54,277 bases of DNA from IMG/VR virus record IMGVR_UViG_3300028025_005704, positions 1 through 54,277 of that record. One strand, 5' to 3'. Source of the stretch: a virus (lineage: Duplodnaviria; Caudoviricetes). Made by a program: the position numbers and the translations under genes. The notes below the pieces were generated by a model. The model was not told where the DNA came from and searched no databases. It saw only the letters and a program-made list of their open reading frames with translations. Shown piece after piece: positions 1-8,861 of the stretch. How positions within the stretch are numbered: position 1 is the stretch's first letter; each line of letters opens with the position of its first letter.

Positions 1-61
1 GTGTTAGGGGCGTCGGATGGAACGTTGGCGATTAGGTATGCTGCTGGTGTGAATTGCTCCA

Positions 62-619
62 TTATAAACGGTTCTCCTTCAGGATTGGGTTGTAGACCTT
101 CGAGGTCGCTGTTACTGGTTTCTTATATCCGTATCGTACGAGACGGAAACGTAGCGCACCGTGCGTTACGCCAAGACGTTTTGCCAAACGGTAGAGGGTC
201 ACGCCCTCAACGGTGTGGGCGTAGTTGAGTAGCTTTGTGTACTCCTCGGCTTCCGCGCGGTACTTTTTGCCGTTAGAACGTACTTGCTGTGCGTAAGGCT
301 GAAGCTCTAGTAGACGCTCTAGCGTTGCAGGGGTTGGTTCAACGTAAACTGGCTTGGCCTTTACGGCGTGCATTGGTGGCTCAGGGATTTCGATGTTGAT
401 TGGAGAATCTGGAGAATCGGAAGTAGAGATTTGACGGACGCGCTCGCGAGTTAGCTTAGAGGCAGATGCAATCGCTTCTAGCGTCCACTCTGCTAGACGA
501 AGCTGACGGATCAAGTAGTCGCGGTGTGCGGTGCTACCAGAGACGTCGGCAAAAGCGTCGGCAATGTACCCAGGTAACTGCTGATTCTTTTTGATGTAGT
601 TCTTTTCTTCTGTTGGCAT
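62..619 (-). CDS. Tandem helix-turn-helix DNA-binding protein
   Basis: Two HTH-like segments: WTLEAIASASKLTRERVRQI (sigma70 region-4-like) and VTLYRLAKRLGVTHGAL; AAAGGA RBS upstream. Confidence 0.65.
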   Translation of the reverse strand: MPTEEKNYIKKNQQLPGYIADAFADVSGSTAHRDYLIRQLRLAEWTLEAIASASKLTRERVRQISTSDSPDSPINIEIPEPPMHAVKAKPVYVEPTPATLERLLELQPYAQQVRSNGKKYRAEAEEYTKLLNYAHTVEGVTLYRLAKRLGVTHGALRFRLVRYGYKKPVTATSKVYNPILKENRL

Positions 620-673
620 TTTGTCCTTTTCTGTCTCTTTATAATCCGAGTGTATAGGGTTGGATTTGAGTTG

Positions 674-973
674 TCAAGTTAAATTTTTGGCTCGCTTTAG
701 GGGCACGCTCTTGATGATGACTTCAATGTCGGACCTAGCTTCGGTAAACACTCTTAGGTTGACGACGTTAATCGCGCCCTCTATAAGTGTGGTGATTAAG
801 TGGACGTCCGAAACAGGGGAATCCCACGAAGCAGTGATTTTGACATCGCAGTCGACTAACTCAAACAGGCCTGTCGAAGGTAGTCGCTCACGGAACTCCT
901 CTGCGTCATCGACGTTTAGCTTTATAGTCGTCAAGGTAGTCCTTCTCTGAGTGTAGATCGTCATAAGCGTCAT
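674..973 (-). CDS. Hypothetical protein
   Basis: ORF track; same strand as neighbours; start uncertain. Confidence 0.45.
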   Translation of the reverse strand: MTLMTIYTQRRTTLTTIKLNVDDAEEFRERLPSTGLFELVDCDVKITASWDSPVSDVHLITTLIEGAINVVNLRVFTEARSDIEVIIKSVPLKRAKNLT

Positions 974-1219
974 CCATTCCTGAAATAACAGTTACAAGGG
1001 ACGCTAGCACAAGTGACACAAGAATTGCAAATCCGATTACGGTTCCAACTACAATAAGGGCGTTTAACATAAATCACCATCCTTCCTAGTTAATCATACT
1101 ACCCTAAGATGGGGTGTCAAGTAGGGGCGTTTACTACTTTTTGTTTGAGCAAAAAGAAAGCCGCCTCTCTCCCAAGGGCGGCCTTCTTGCTTAAATAGCA
1201 CTTGCTAGTCTAGTACGTT

Positions 1220-1393
1220 TTAACGATCCTTAGAGAGGGTTGCTAGAGCGTTAGCTGCAAGGCCAAGAACTAGGGCGAGGGGGAGGAAGTCGGTGGCGGA
1301 GACCAGAACCAGAATGATAGAGGCGACTATCAGTAGAGCTGAAATCGTCGAGGTCCATACAATGGATCGAAGAAAGAGGATGAGATTGGTCAT
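1220..1393 (-). CDS. Small two-TM membrane protein (57 aa, not in ORF track)
   Basis: Manual translation MTNLILFLRSIVWTSTISALLIVASIILVLVSATDFLPLALVLGLAANALATLSKDR*; AAGGAAG RBS; followed by a hairpin terminator at about 1155-1190. Confidence 0.6.
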   Translation of the reverse strand: MTNLILFLRSIVWTSTISALLIVASIILVLVSATDFLPLALVLGLAANALATLSKDR

Positions 1394-1879
1394 TATTTCT
1401 TCCTTTTGGTTTTTGTCTCTTCAGGCCATACTACACCAAGTAGTGGCTGGAGAGTGTCATCTTGGTTGGCGCGTCTATTATTTCGAGCTTTGAGAAGGGT
1501 TCGAGCGATTCGGATTGCGTTTACTAGAACCACGGCACCAATGAGGCTCAGGGCTATAACTTGTTCAACCATGGCTAAATCCTATACATAAAAGTTGGGC
1601 GAGCAGTTTAGAGACTTACTCAGGTCTTTGGGTTTAGTCTACACCATGTTTGGGACGATTTTTTTGAAAATTTGTGGAGGCGGATTTTATAAAAGGGGGG
1701 TCTTCAGGATGGGAGGATTTGTAATTATGGGGGTACTATGCTATATGGACGTTCAACTGCTTTTGGGGTGCGAGACGGCAGTTGTTAGTTTTCGGGCGTG
1801 TCGAAATTGTTTCCTAAAAGTCGGGGGGTCTGTCTTTGACTTTTGTTTTTACAAAAGTCTTTTGACTTACTAAAAATAA

Positions 1880-2220
1880 TCGTGTCTGTTGTAATGGCGT
1901 TGGCTGTTTATTATGACTTGGTTGTTTGATTGGTTGGTTGGTTGGTTGTTAGTTATCCAGGCAGTCAAGTATCAAACAACACTTGCTTGGGTGTTTAGTT
2001 GGTTGTTAGTTGGTTGATAAGTCTTTGATTAGTTGTCTTGTGTTTGGTTGTGTGTTTTGTATTTGGTTGGTTGTCTTGTGTTTGGTTGTGTGTTGGGTAC
2101 AAATCTAAAGCTGCCAAACAACTAACTAAAAAGCTTTTTTGGGCATCAAGTTTTGATAAGTAGTTAGTCAATAACAAGTTGTAAAAAGTTTGTATGACTT
2201 GTCTAGGTCTTGACTCAGTT
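1880..2220. repeat. G/T-rich low-complexity tract (TTGG/TTGT/TTAG units)
   Basis: Runs such as ttggttggttggttggttgttagtt and tgtgtttggttgtgtgtt; strong strand skew; no credible ORF. Confidence 0.8.
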
Positions 2221-2341
2221 GATCCAAACAATTCCCTAACGCTTCTAGGCGCTCCGGTTAGGCGATAACCAGGCTAAAGCCAAATGGTAAAGCAAAACCC
2301 CTAACCGCATTGGCTAGGGGCTTGCTTACCGCATTACCGCA

Positions 2342-2674
2342 TTACTTCTTAGGCAGTTCCAACTTGTCGTAAGTCTTGACTGATACCGTAGCGTTATACG
2401 CTTCGCTAAAAGACGCTTCTAGAGTCTTTAGGTCTGTATTACGGCGCTCCGCTTCTACAAGTTCGTAGACAAGTTCACCGCTCGAATCAAACGCAACGCG
2501 GGCATTACCTAACACGCTAATTAGTTCGGCACGCAATTCTGCTTCTTGCGCCGCAAGTTCTTTTTGGGTATCACGCAAGATACGCATAGTATCCGCAAGA
2601 GCGACAACCGCTTCATCTACAAATACAGCCGGGGTAGCAACTACAACTTCTGACTTTGACATTTTTGATTCCAT
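2342..2674 (-). CDS. Hypothetical phage protein (coiled coil)
   Basis: ORF between a TTGACA promoter element (2742-2747) and a hairpin terminator (about 2294-2322). Confidence 0.7.
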   Translation of the reverse strand: MESKMSKSEVVVATPAVFVDEAVVALADTMRILRDTQKELAAQEAELRAELISVLGNARVAFDSSGELVYELVEAERRNTDLKTLEASFSEAYNATVSVKTYDKLELPKK

Positions 2675-2864
2675 TCTTTTTGGTGATTCGTTTTTTGTTA
2701 TCGGTTGATAACATCATAATCAAAGCATAATTTTTAGAGCGTGTCAAATCGAAACCGCATCTTTTTTATAACAGTTTTATAACGGCAGATAACGCCATCA
2801 AAGCTGCCATCACCGCAAGCAAGCGAAAACCCCTGCCACAATAGGCAGGGGTCCGGTGAACCGC

Positions 2865-3173
2865 TTAGGCGCTTACAGACTCATTACAGAATTCGCAAGC
2901 CCAACCAGGTTCATCAACTTCATCTAAGCCACACTCCACGCATAGATTAGTCTGAACCCAATAGTCTGCTACAAAAAAGTCTTTTGCCCCATTCGGATAC
3001 GCTTCAGCGCAATCGCCACACAACCAAAACCAAGCGATCTCATTTGCCTTTTTAGGGTCAAAGGCAACTTCAGCTGCCAGTGAGTCATTGACTCCGATTA
3101 GGTCAATCGGGTCTCCATCAAAGGCGACACTACAGCCGTCGCAATTAGTTTCGCCGTATTTATTACTAGCCAT
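2865..3173 (-). CDS. Cys-rich hypothetical protein (CxxC pairs)
   Basis: CDGC, CGDC, CVEC, CEFC; TAATG coupling to the upstream ORF; terminator at 2826-2852. Confidence 0.65.
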   Translation of the reverse strand: MASNKYGETNCDGCSVAFDGDPIDLIGVNDSLAAEVAFDPKKANEIAWFWLCGDCAEAYPNGAKDFFVADYWVQTNLCVECGLDEVDEPGWACEFCNESVSA

Positions 3174-3337
3174 TAGATTCCCTCAACCTTCGAAATAATA
3201 AACATAAAACCTAGGCACAAGAGCAAATTACCTGCACCGAAAATAACTACAGCATTAGCAAAAGCTGCAGGTAAAGCAAACACGCCCACAAGCATTAGAG
3301 CGACAATTGCCATTGCGATTACGATTAGATTCTTCAT
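3173..3337 (-). CDS. Small membrane protein (54 aa, not in ORF track)
   Basis: MKNLIVIAMAIVALMLVGVFALPAAF...; GAAGGGG RBS; stop overlaps the next ATG. Confidence 0.65.
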   Translation of the reverse strand: MKNLIVIAMAIVALMLVGVFALPAAFANAVVIFGAGNLLLCLGFMFIISKVEGI

Positions 3338-3420
3338 TTTTTACCCCTTCGTTTTGGTTGCTTATGCAACACAAGAATTGTCCCATAACTTCTAACGAAT
3401 TGTCAAATCTATTTATGGGC

Positions 3421-3962
3421 GTGTTTTGCCAGGCGATCCGGGTAAACAACCAGGCTAGATCCGGGTCTAGCTGCTAACTTCTAACGAATAAGCCGCAAGC
3501 CGAGCTGCCTAACCAGGCTAGATCCAGGCTATTTGCCAGGCTAGATCCGGCTAGATCCGGCTAATAAGCTGCCTAGATCCGGGCTAGATCCGGGTAAAGC
3601 TGCCATCGAAGCTGCAGACTTCGAACGAATAAGCCGCTAACAACCAGGCTAGATCCGGGTTAGATCCGGCTAGATCTAAGAAGATAGCCAGGCTAGATCT
3701 AACGAATAAGCCGCTACTGATCCAGGCGATCCGGCTAACTTCTAACGAACAGCTGCTTAGATCTAACCTTGAGCTGCTAGATCAGCTGCTAGATCTAACG
3801 AAGATCTGGGCTAGATCCAGGCAGATCTCCGGGGCGATCCGGGTTAGATCCGGTCAACTTCTAACGAAGATCCGGGCTGGATCAAACCTAAAGCTGCTTA
3901 GATCGCCATCGAAGCTGCCACCGATCCGGGTTAGATCCGGCGAGCGCTGCCATAAGCCAGGC
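3421..3962. repeat. Non-coding mosaic array of short words (TAGATCCGG, CCAGGC, AGCTGC, AACTTCTAACGAA, AATAAGCCGC)
   Basis: By-eye count: about 26 GATC, 15 CCGG, 10 CCAGG and 10 AGCTGC in 540 bp; lies between a terminator (3968-3990) and the next promoter (about 3401). Confidence 0.9.
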
Positions 3963-4004
3963 AATAAAAAACCCCGCAACCAGGGCGGGGTCTTCTACTG
4001 TTGC

Positions 4005-4166
4005 TTAGTAGTTTTCGTTGCAATGCTCCAAGAGCGTTTCGTAAGTTGCTCCACTCTTGATTAGTTCCACAAGGTCTTCATCTTCCATTAGAAGATAAGC
4101 ATCTACGGTTGTCTCAGCCGCGAGGCGCATTAGTAGAAACTTAGGGCTAGTTAGAACATCTCCCAT
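4005..4166 (-). CDS. Small acidic hypothetical protein (53 aa, not in ORF track)
   Basis: MGDVLTSPKFLLMRLAAETTVDAYLLMEDEDLVELIKSGATYETLLEHCNENY*; GAAGGGA RBS; own promoter (TTGACA 4234-4239) and terminator. Confidence 0.65.
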   Translation of the reverse strand: MGDVLTSPKFLLMRLAAETTVDAYLLMEDEDLVELIKSGATYETLLEHCNENY

Positions 4167-4539
4167 TTTGCTATTCCCTTCATTCGTTTACCAGGCTGTC
4201 TGCCTAGTACTAAATTACCATTTTTTAGGTAATTGTCAAACACCTAACGCCTACGAATAATCTCCGAATAAAGTAAAGCTTGAGAGGCTAGGCCACCGAT
4301 AAGAATAGGCCACCATACAGACTGATACCCAACAGCAAAACCAAATAGCCAAATAAACCCTAGCCCAGCTGCCACACCGCGCCACAACACAACCAGGTCT
4401 CCGGTGTCTTGCTTATCCATTTTTATTTGCCTTTACATAGTTCCAATGAGCTGCGTCATAGAATAAACCACCCACCGAAAACACCCACTTAGACACTACG
4501 CCTAAAGCCTTGTACCAAAATAAATGCCACGCTCTCAAC

Positions 4540-4776
4540 TTAGTTCCTCTCTAAAAAGATTCGGTAAATCTCTTGATTCAGTCTTGTTAGGTTTCGTTCG
4601 GCTCTCTCTGATGAACCAACTAAATACATTCCCGCAAGTTGTTTTAGAGTTTCGTTGCGAGAGCATTCTGCCCAAATCGCCCCTTGGGTGTGAACAGAAT
4701 AATTATCCTTACCGCCCGCAAGTTTCATAACTTGGTCAAAAGCGAATTCGGCTCTGTGGTCTACATAAGTTTTCAT
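4540..4776 (-). CDS. Hypothetical phage protein
   Basis: AAAGGGAG RBS; cassette context. Confidence 0.65.
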   Translation of the reverse strand: MKTYVDHRAEFAFDQVMKLAGGKDNYSVHTQGAIWAECSRNETLKQLAGMYLVGSSERAERNLTRLNQEIYRIFLERN

Positions 4777-4858
4777 TTGTCTCCCTTTCGTTTTAGGTTT
4801 TCACCTAGGTTTAGGATACGCCCTAACCAAATAATAAGCAAGTGATTAGGGCGTGTCG

Positions 4859-5053
4859 CTATTTGCCTAGAATTGTTTTGATGGCGCGAATTGGATCGCC
4901 CACCAGGGTAGCGTCTTTACCGCCCCGATCTAGGTAAGTAGCGTGAGCCGGGATCATTAGATCCTTTAGATCGCCATCGGTAAGCATTCCGTCAGCTAAG
5001 CCTTGGCGAACATCTTCTGCCATCTGAATAATGATTGGGTCTTTAGTTAGCAT
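4859..5053 (-). CDS. Hypothetical phage protein
   Basis: Start re-assigned to MLTKDP after an AGAGGA RBS. Confidence 0.55.
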   Translation of the reverse strand: MLTKDPIIIQMAEDVRQGLADGMLTDGDLKDLMIPAHATYLDRGGKDATLVGDPIRAIKTILGK

Positions 5054-5129
5054 TTGTTTCCTCTCTGTTGTTTTCGATTGTTCCATAGATCATTGCCACA
5101 CGCAAGCGACACGCCTAGCCGGGGTAAAA

Positions 5130-5330
5130 GAAAACGCCACACAGAAAACGAAAAAAAACTGTGTGGCGTTTCTTTGGCGGTGTGTTCACGCCGTTGGCTA
5201 GGTCATTGGGGGAAATCTCTAGCCAAGTCTGTGAGCAGTTTCACAACTTACTCAGGTTGAGCGAAATTATTTTACCCGTCTAGTCGCTACCCCAATTCGG
5301 GCTTCGGGCGTTAGCCCTAAGTCTTGTTAT
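5130..5330 (-). ncRNA. Candidate structured RNA / 3' UTR (hairpins plus an H-type pseudoknot)
   Basis: 12-bp stem AACGCCACACAG/CTGTGTGGCGTT; stem TTGGCTAG/CTAGCCAA; minus-strand CAAC-CU-GAGUA-A-GUUG-UGAAAC-UGCUC pseudoknot at 5233-5259. Confidence 0.45.
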
Positions 5331-5334
5331 TTAG

Positions 5335-5526
5335 TTATGGCATTGCTCTGTCTATGTCTGCCTCAAAGCAACTGTCGCATTTAGTAAAAATGCTTTTGTC
5401 CGGGCTGTTGCCAAAGCCTCGAGAGGCTAGGTAATTGCCACCGTCAAAGCCACCAAAATCTGCGGTGTTGTCTGGTGTGAGTTCGCTCTCGCAATCATTA
5501 CAGACTTCTAACTTGTTATCTGGCAT
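5335..5526 (-). CDS. Small CxxC protein
   Basis: CNDC...CDSC; AAGGGGA RBS. Confidence 0.6.
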   Translation of the reverse strand: MPDNKLEVCNDCESELTPDNTADFGGFDGGNYLASRGFGNSPDKSIFTKCDSCFEADIDRAMP

Positions 5527-5650
5527 TAGTTCCCCTTACGGCGATAGCGTGGCTTAGAGGTAATCAAACCCTGCTGTCGCATTGCCCAAACTAAAAGCAC
5601 TACGCCACCAACTACTAGAGATACCCCTATCCCTAAAATAAATTCTGCCA

Positions 5651-5842
5651 TTATGCCACCACCTTATTAGCGATAGCAACGGCAGGGGCGAAACCTATCG
5701 CCCAACCTAGAGCAACTGAAACCCAAGCGTCAGCAAACAGGTCAGGAGTTCCGCCCAACACGATTAGCAATAAAGCGTAAAGCCCTAGCACGATTGGAGT
5801 TGTAGCAATAGCAAAGATGATTCTGCGAGTTGTAAAGTTCAT
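5651..5842 (-). CDS. Small membrane protein
   Basis: Two hydrophobic segments; start MNFTTRR after AAAGGGA; promoter TTGACA(5917-5922)-16-TATCCT. Confidence 0.6.
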   Translation of the reverse strand: MNFTTRRIIFAIATTPIVLGLYALLLIVLGGTPDLFADAWVSVALGWAIGFAPAVAIANKVVA

Positions 5843-5960
5843 TTGATTCCCTTTCGTTTTCGTTTCGTTTTCGTTTTGGTTTCCCAATAGTTCTAGGATA
5901 CACGCCTAGAAACTCTTGTCAAGTGTTTTCTGAAAAAAGTTTTTCGGCGTGTCGCCCAGG

Positions 5961-6143
5961 CTAAGCGTAAGTTTCCGCAAGCATACGATCATTGACAAAA
6001 CGCTCCGCATCCATCCAGGCAGTCTCGCCGGTGAACCGCGCAAGGATCTCGCCATTCTTTCTAACCTGAGCTGCAAAGCTGCTTGACCAAACTTCATAGA
6101 TCCCGCTGCCAATAATGAACTGTGTGTCTAGTGTTAGTTCCAT
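5961..6143 (-). CDS. Hypothetical phage protein
   Basis: GAAAGGGT RBS; cassette context. Confidence 0.6.
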   Translation of the reverse strand: MELTLDTQFIIGSGIYEVWSSSFAAQVRKNGEILARFTGETAWMDAERFVNDRMLAETYA

Positions 6144-6363
6144 TTTGTTTACCCTTTCTAATTGGTGATCTCACTCTAACCTGGATCTGGTCTAAAAGCA
6201 AGTAGATCTAGCTGCGATCTCAGCTGGAATCTAAAGATCGCCATCGAGGGCCGGGGTACGAAAAAAGGCACCAGTGGGGGACCGGTGCCTTTCTCGCGGA
6301 TAAGTGAACGGGATAATTCCCCTATCCATTGCCAGGGAGTGGTCTCAACCTAGCAAGATTAGT

Positions 6364-6705
6364 TTACGCCATAGACGCTCGCTTAGCAAACTCGGAATAG
6401 GTTACGCCTTCGATGGTATAGACGCCAGTGTCTGCGTCGACATAGACAGTCGGTGAGTTCACCCAGGCGTCGCTAACCTCTCCTGACGCGATTCCAAAAC
6501 CTAGCTCACCATCGTACGCGCCTAAGGTGTTTGCGAACTGCTGAAAAATTTGAGCTGCGAGATAACTAGCATCTCCAATTCGCCCAGTGCGGTCTAAAAC
6601 ATTACGGACTGCCTCCAGGTTTTCATCTCCTGACCAGTGCCCATAAAAAAGAATGGGTGCGAGAAACTCTTTACTCTCCACCTGAATGAATGAACGATTT
6701 CCCAT
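6364..6705 (-). CDS. Conserved-looking phage protein (MGNR...YGHWSG)
   Basis: Start re-assigned to MGNRSF; TAATG overlap with the upstream gene. Confidence 0.65.
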   Translation of the reverse strand: MGNRSFIQVESKEFLAPILFYGHWSGDENLEAVRNVLDRTGRIGDASYLAAQIFQQFANTLGAYDGELGFGIASGEVSDAWVNSPTVYVDADTGVYTIEGVTYSEFAKRASMA

Positions 6706-6908
6706 TACGCCACCTGAACCCATCGAACGGCGGTGCGTAGCAAGTGGTCGTAATCGCCGCTTGTACTCTCAGCGTAGTAAGCGTCGATTTCTTCCTTCGG
6801 AACGCCTGCATCTTTTAGTGCGCTAGCAACGCGTGCCATAATCGCGAACGCGTTTCCATCTTCGCCAACCAGGCGAACCTGAATCTCAGGATACTTTGTG
6901 TCTTCCAT
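6705..6908 (-). CDS. Conserved phage protein (DGNAF...GDYDHLL)
   Basis: Motif LVGEDGNAFAIM...SGDYDHLL, recurrent in phage hypotheticals; RBS and promoter upstream. Confidence 0.7.
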   Translation of the reverse strand: MEDTKYPEIQVRLVGEDGNAFAIMARVASALKDAGVPKEEIDAYYAESTSGDYDHLLRTAVRWVQVA

Positions 6909-6935
6909 TTTTTACCCCTTTCTAAAGGTACTTTG

Positions 6936-6964
6936 ATTGTATGCTATACCGCGATGCGTGTCAA
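6936..6964 (-). promoter_or_regulatory. SigA/sigma70-type early promoter
   Basis: TTGACA-N17-TACAAT; representative of similar elements at about 1115, 2742, 3401, 4234, 5917 and 16583. Confidence 0.8.
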
Positions 6965-7013
6965 GTTTATAAAAAGCTGGCGAGCTGCGATCCTGGAATC
7001 GATCGAGCTGCAA

Positions 7014-7457
7014 CTACTTAGCTGCCTGCCTCGCCAGAGAGCGCTTTAGCCCCTCCACGCGACTACACGTCCGGCAACGCTGTTCTATGTAAGCCACCGA
7101 CTCGCCATTAGGGCCTGGTCGTTTCGTTTGTTTTACATAAAAGTTTTCTGGCGTGCGCTTATGCCCATGAGGGCAAATCTCTGAAATGTTTTCATAGTGA
7201 TAGGGGTTGATGCAAGCACGATTGCCACAGGCATTACGCAGCTTGTCGTGCTTAGACAGTTCCGGGCGAAACAGCCCCCAGGTGTATCTAGGCACGCTAA
7301 CCCAAATCCTTTTAGTCTGAGTAGTTTTCATAATTGGCGTAAGTTTTGAGCCTTTGAGTTTGAGGCTGCCAATCCAAGTTAGGCACTCGCTGTCCGGCTC
7401 TATAACTGTGCGCTCCATAGCGTAAGAGTTCAGTCTTGCGTAAATAGTTTCTTTCAT
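7014..7457 (-). CDS. HNH endonuclease-like Zn protein, possibly degenerate
   Basis: CLTWxGS, CGNRACINPYH, CPHGH..TPEN, CRTC as in actinophage HNH proteins; the usual His before the first Cys reads Asn. Confidence 0.6.
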   Translation of the reverse strand: MKETIYARLNSYAMERTVIEPDSECLTWIGSLKLKGSKLTPIMKTTQTKRIWVSVPRYTWGLFRPELSKHDKLRNACGNRACINPYHYENISEICPHGHKRTPENFYVKQTKRPGPNGESVAYIEQRCRTCSRVEGLKRSLARQAAK

Positions 7458-7579
7458 GCCCCCATTTTACAAAGGCCATGCGACATTTTAGGATAAGCAA
7501 CCATAACTTTTTAGTAACGCATTTGATCGATCCGGGTAAGCGAAAACCCCGCCACAAAGGCGGGGTCTCGCTTCGGTCA

Positions 7580-7810
7580 TTACTTCTGGCTTGGCATCTC
7601 TTTGTGTGCCATGTCCATTAGGTAGTTGATTGCCGACAGAGTTTTTTCCAACTTGTCCCAGTCTTTGTTTGTAGCAAGTTGTTCTGCATACTCTGACAGG
7701 ATTGCGCTGGCACTTACTAATGGCTCTACTGAGTCAAGAAACTCGGTTGATTTTGCGATTGCATCAAAGTCCGCAATCAGGTTGTCTAGCGTTTTGGTCA
7801 TGTGTCCCAT
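7580..7810 (-). CDS. Hypothetical helical protein
   Basis: Cassette with promoter (about 7865) and terminator (7543-7567). Confidence 0.6.
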   Translation of the reverse strand: MGHMTKTLDNLIADFDAIAKSTEFLDSVEPLVSASAILSEYAEQLATNKDWDKLEKTLSAINYLMDMAHKEMPSQK

Positions 7811-7992
7811 TCCGTTGGATACTTTCCAACTAGGTCTAAACTAACATACCCTACTGACATTTTGCGTCAAGTTTGATAACTAATTTATAACAAGATTTCC
7901 ATGTGTTACCAGCTGCAGGATCAAGGGCCAGCTGATCCCTGGATAAGGCGAAACGCGCCAGGCACCGGCCTGACGCGCTTCGAGCTGCAAGA

Positions 7993-8193
7993 TTATGACA
8001 CCCGGTCCAATTCTTTTGAACCCCAGGCATCACCACCCTTGGCCACCCTGATTGCATTTTCTAACGCGTTAATGTTGCCACGAATAAACTCCGGGCTTAG
8101 TTCGATGTCGCGAGACTCCCAGTACAGTTTTAGATTTTCGAGTTTCGCGAGTAACTCTTTACCCTCTTTAGTCTTCATCGTACTCTTCTTCAT
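7993..8193 (-). CDS. Hypothetical protein
   Basis: Overlap-coupled to the upstream ORF. Confidence 0.45.
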   Translation of the reverse strand: MKKSTMKTKEGKELLAKLENLKLYWESRDIELSPEFIRGNINALENAIRVAKGGDAWGSKELDRVS

Positions 8194-8485
8194 CTTCAGT
8201 ACACCACGCGTCTAGATGGTGATTAATAATGATTTCGCGAGCGGGAGCCCAAGGCTCGCCGCGCCACTGGATTTGGAATGGATTGCCATCGCGGTCTAGG
8301 CCATCAGTTGGCAAGTCAATTTTCCGGTCTAGGTCATCTTCCCAGTAAGCGTCGATTGCTTCGATACATGCCTGCACCATTGACACTGGCACTGGCGGAT
8401 AGTGATTGCCCTGCAGGTGCCAGGCAATTTGTTGCTCCATTGACACGCCACTTGTAGCGATGTCGATTGCTGTCATTCTTCCCAT
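8168..8485 (-). CDS. Conserved-looking phage protein (WHLxxNHYPPVP)
   Basis: GAAAGGGG RBS; acidic tail. Confidence 0.65.
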   Translation of the reverse strand: MGRMTAIDIATSGVSMEQQIAWHLQGNHYPPVPVSMVQACIEAIDAYWEDDLDRKIDLPTDGLDRDGNPFQIQWRGEPWAPAREIIINHHLDAWCTEDEEEYDED

Positions 8486-8522
8486 TTTTTATCCCCTTTC
8501 AGTTGGATAGTTTGATTATAGG

Positions 8523-8729
8523 CTACTTGCGCGTGTTTTGTAAATTCCGGTTGCGCAATTCTTTCATAATGTTTTTTAGCGCGCGAGAGTCTGACGGCGT
8601 GCTTGCCGAAAAGAAAAACGCGCCATCACTGCGTGTCCACTTTAGGTGTCCACCCTTAGTAAGACTGATAACCCAGCCCTGCTTCTCAGCAAGGCGAATT
8701 ATGTTTTTTAGTTCACTTCTTAGTGCCAT
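8523..8729 (-). CDS. HicA-like (dsRBD-fold) mRNA interferase-type protein
   Basis: AEKQGW...TKGGHLKW...ASTPSDSRALKN pattern typical of actinophage HicA-like proteins; AAAGGA RBS. Confidence 0.6.
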   Translation of the reverse strand: MALRSELKNIIRLAEKQGWVISLTKGGHLKWTRSDGAFFFSASTPSDSRALKNIMKELRNRNLQNTRK

Positions 8730-8861
8730 GTTTTTTATCCTTTCCAGATACCTCAAAATTACCATCTGCCACTGACATTTTTGATAAACATTTGGCGTGT
8801 CGCGTAAAGATCCTTAGACGCTGAAACCCCGCCATTTCTGACGGGGTCTCGCGGGGTAAAA

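Noticed and set aside
1595-2231. ORFs 1595..1873 (+) and 1995..2231 (-)
   Set aside because: Translations simply mirror low-complexity G/T-skewed DNA; no RBS or motif
3421-3962. CRISPR array
   Set aside because: No constant 25-45 bp repeat with unique spacers; the units are shuffled 5-13 bp words; no cas genes
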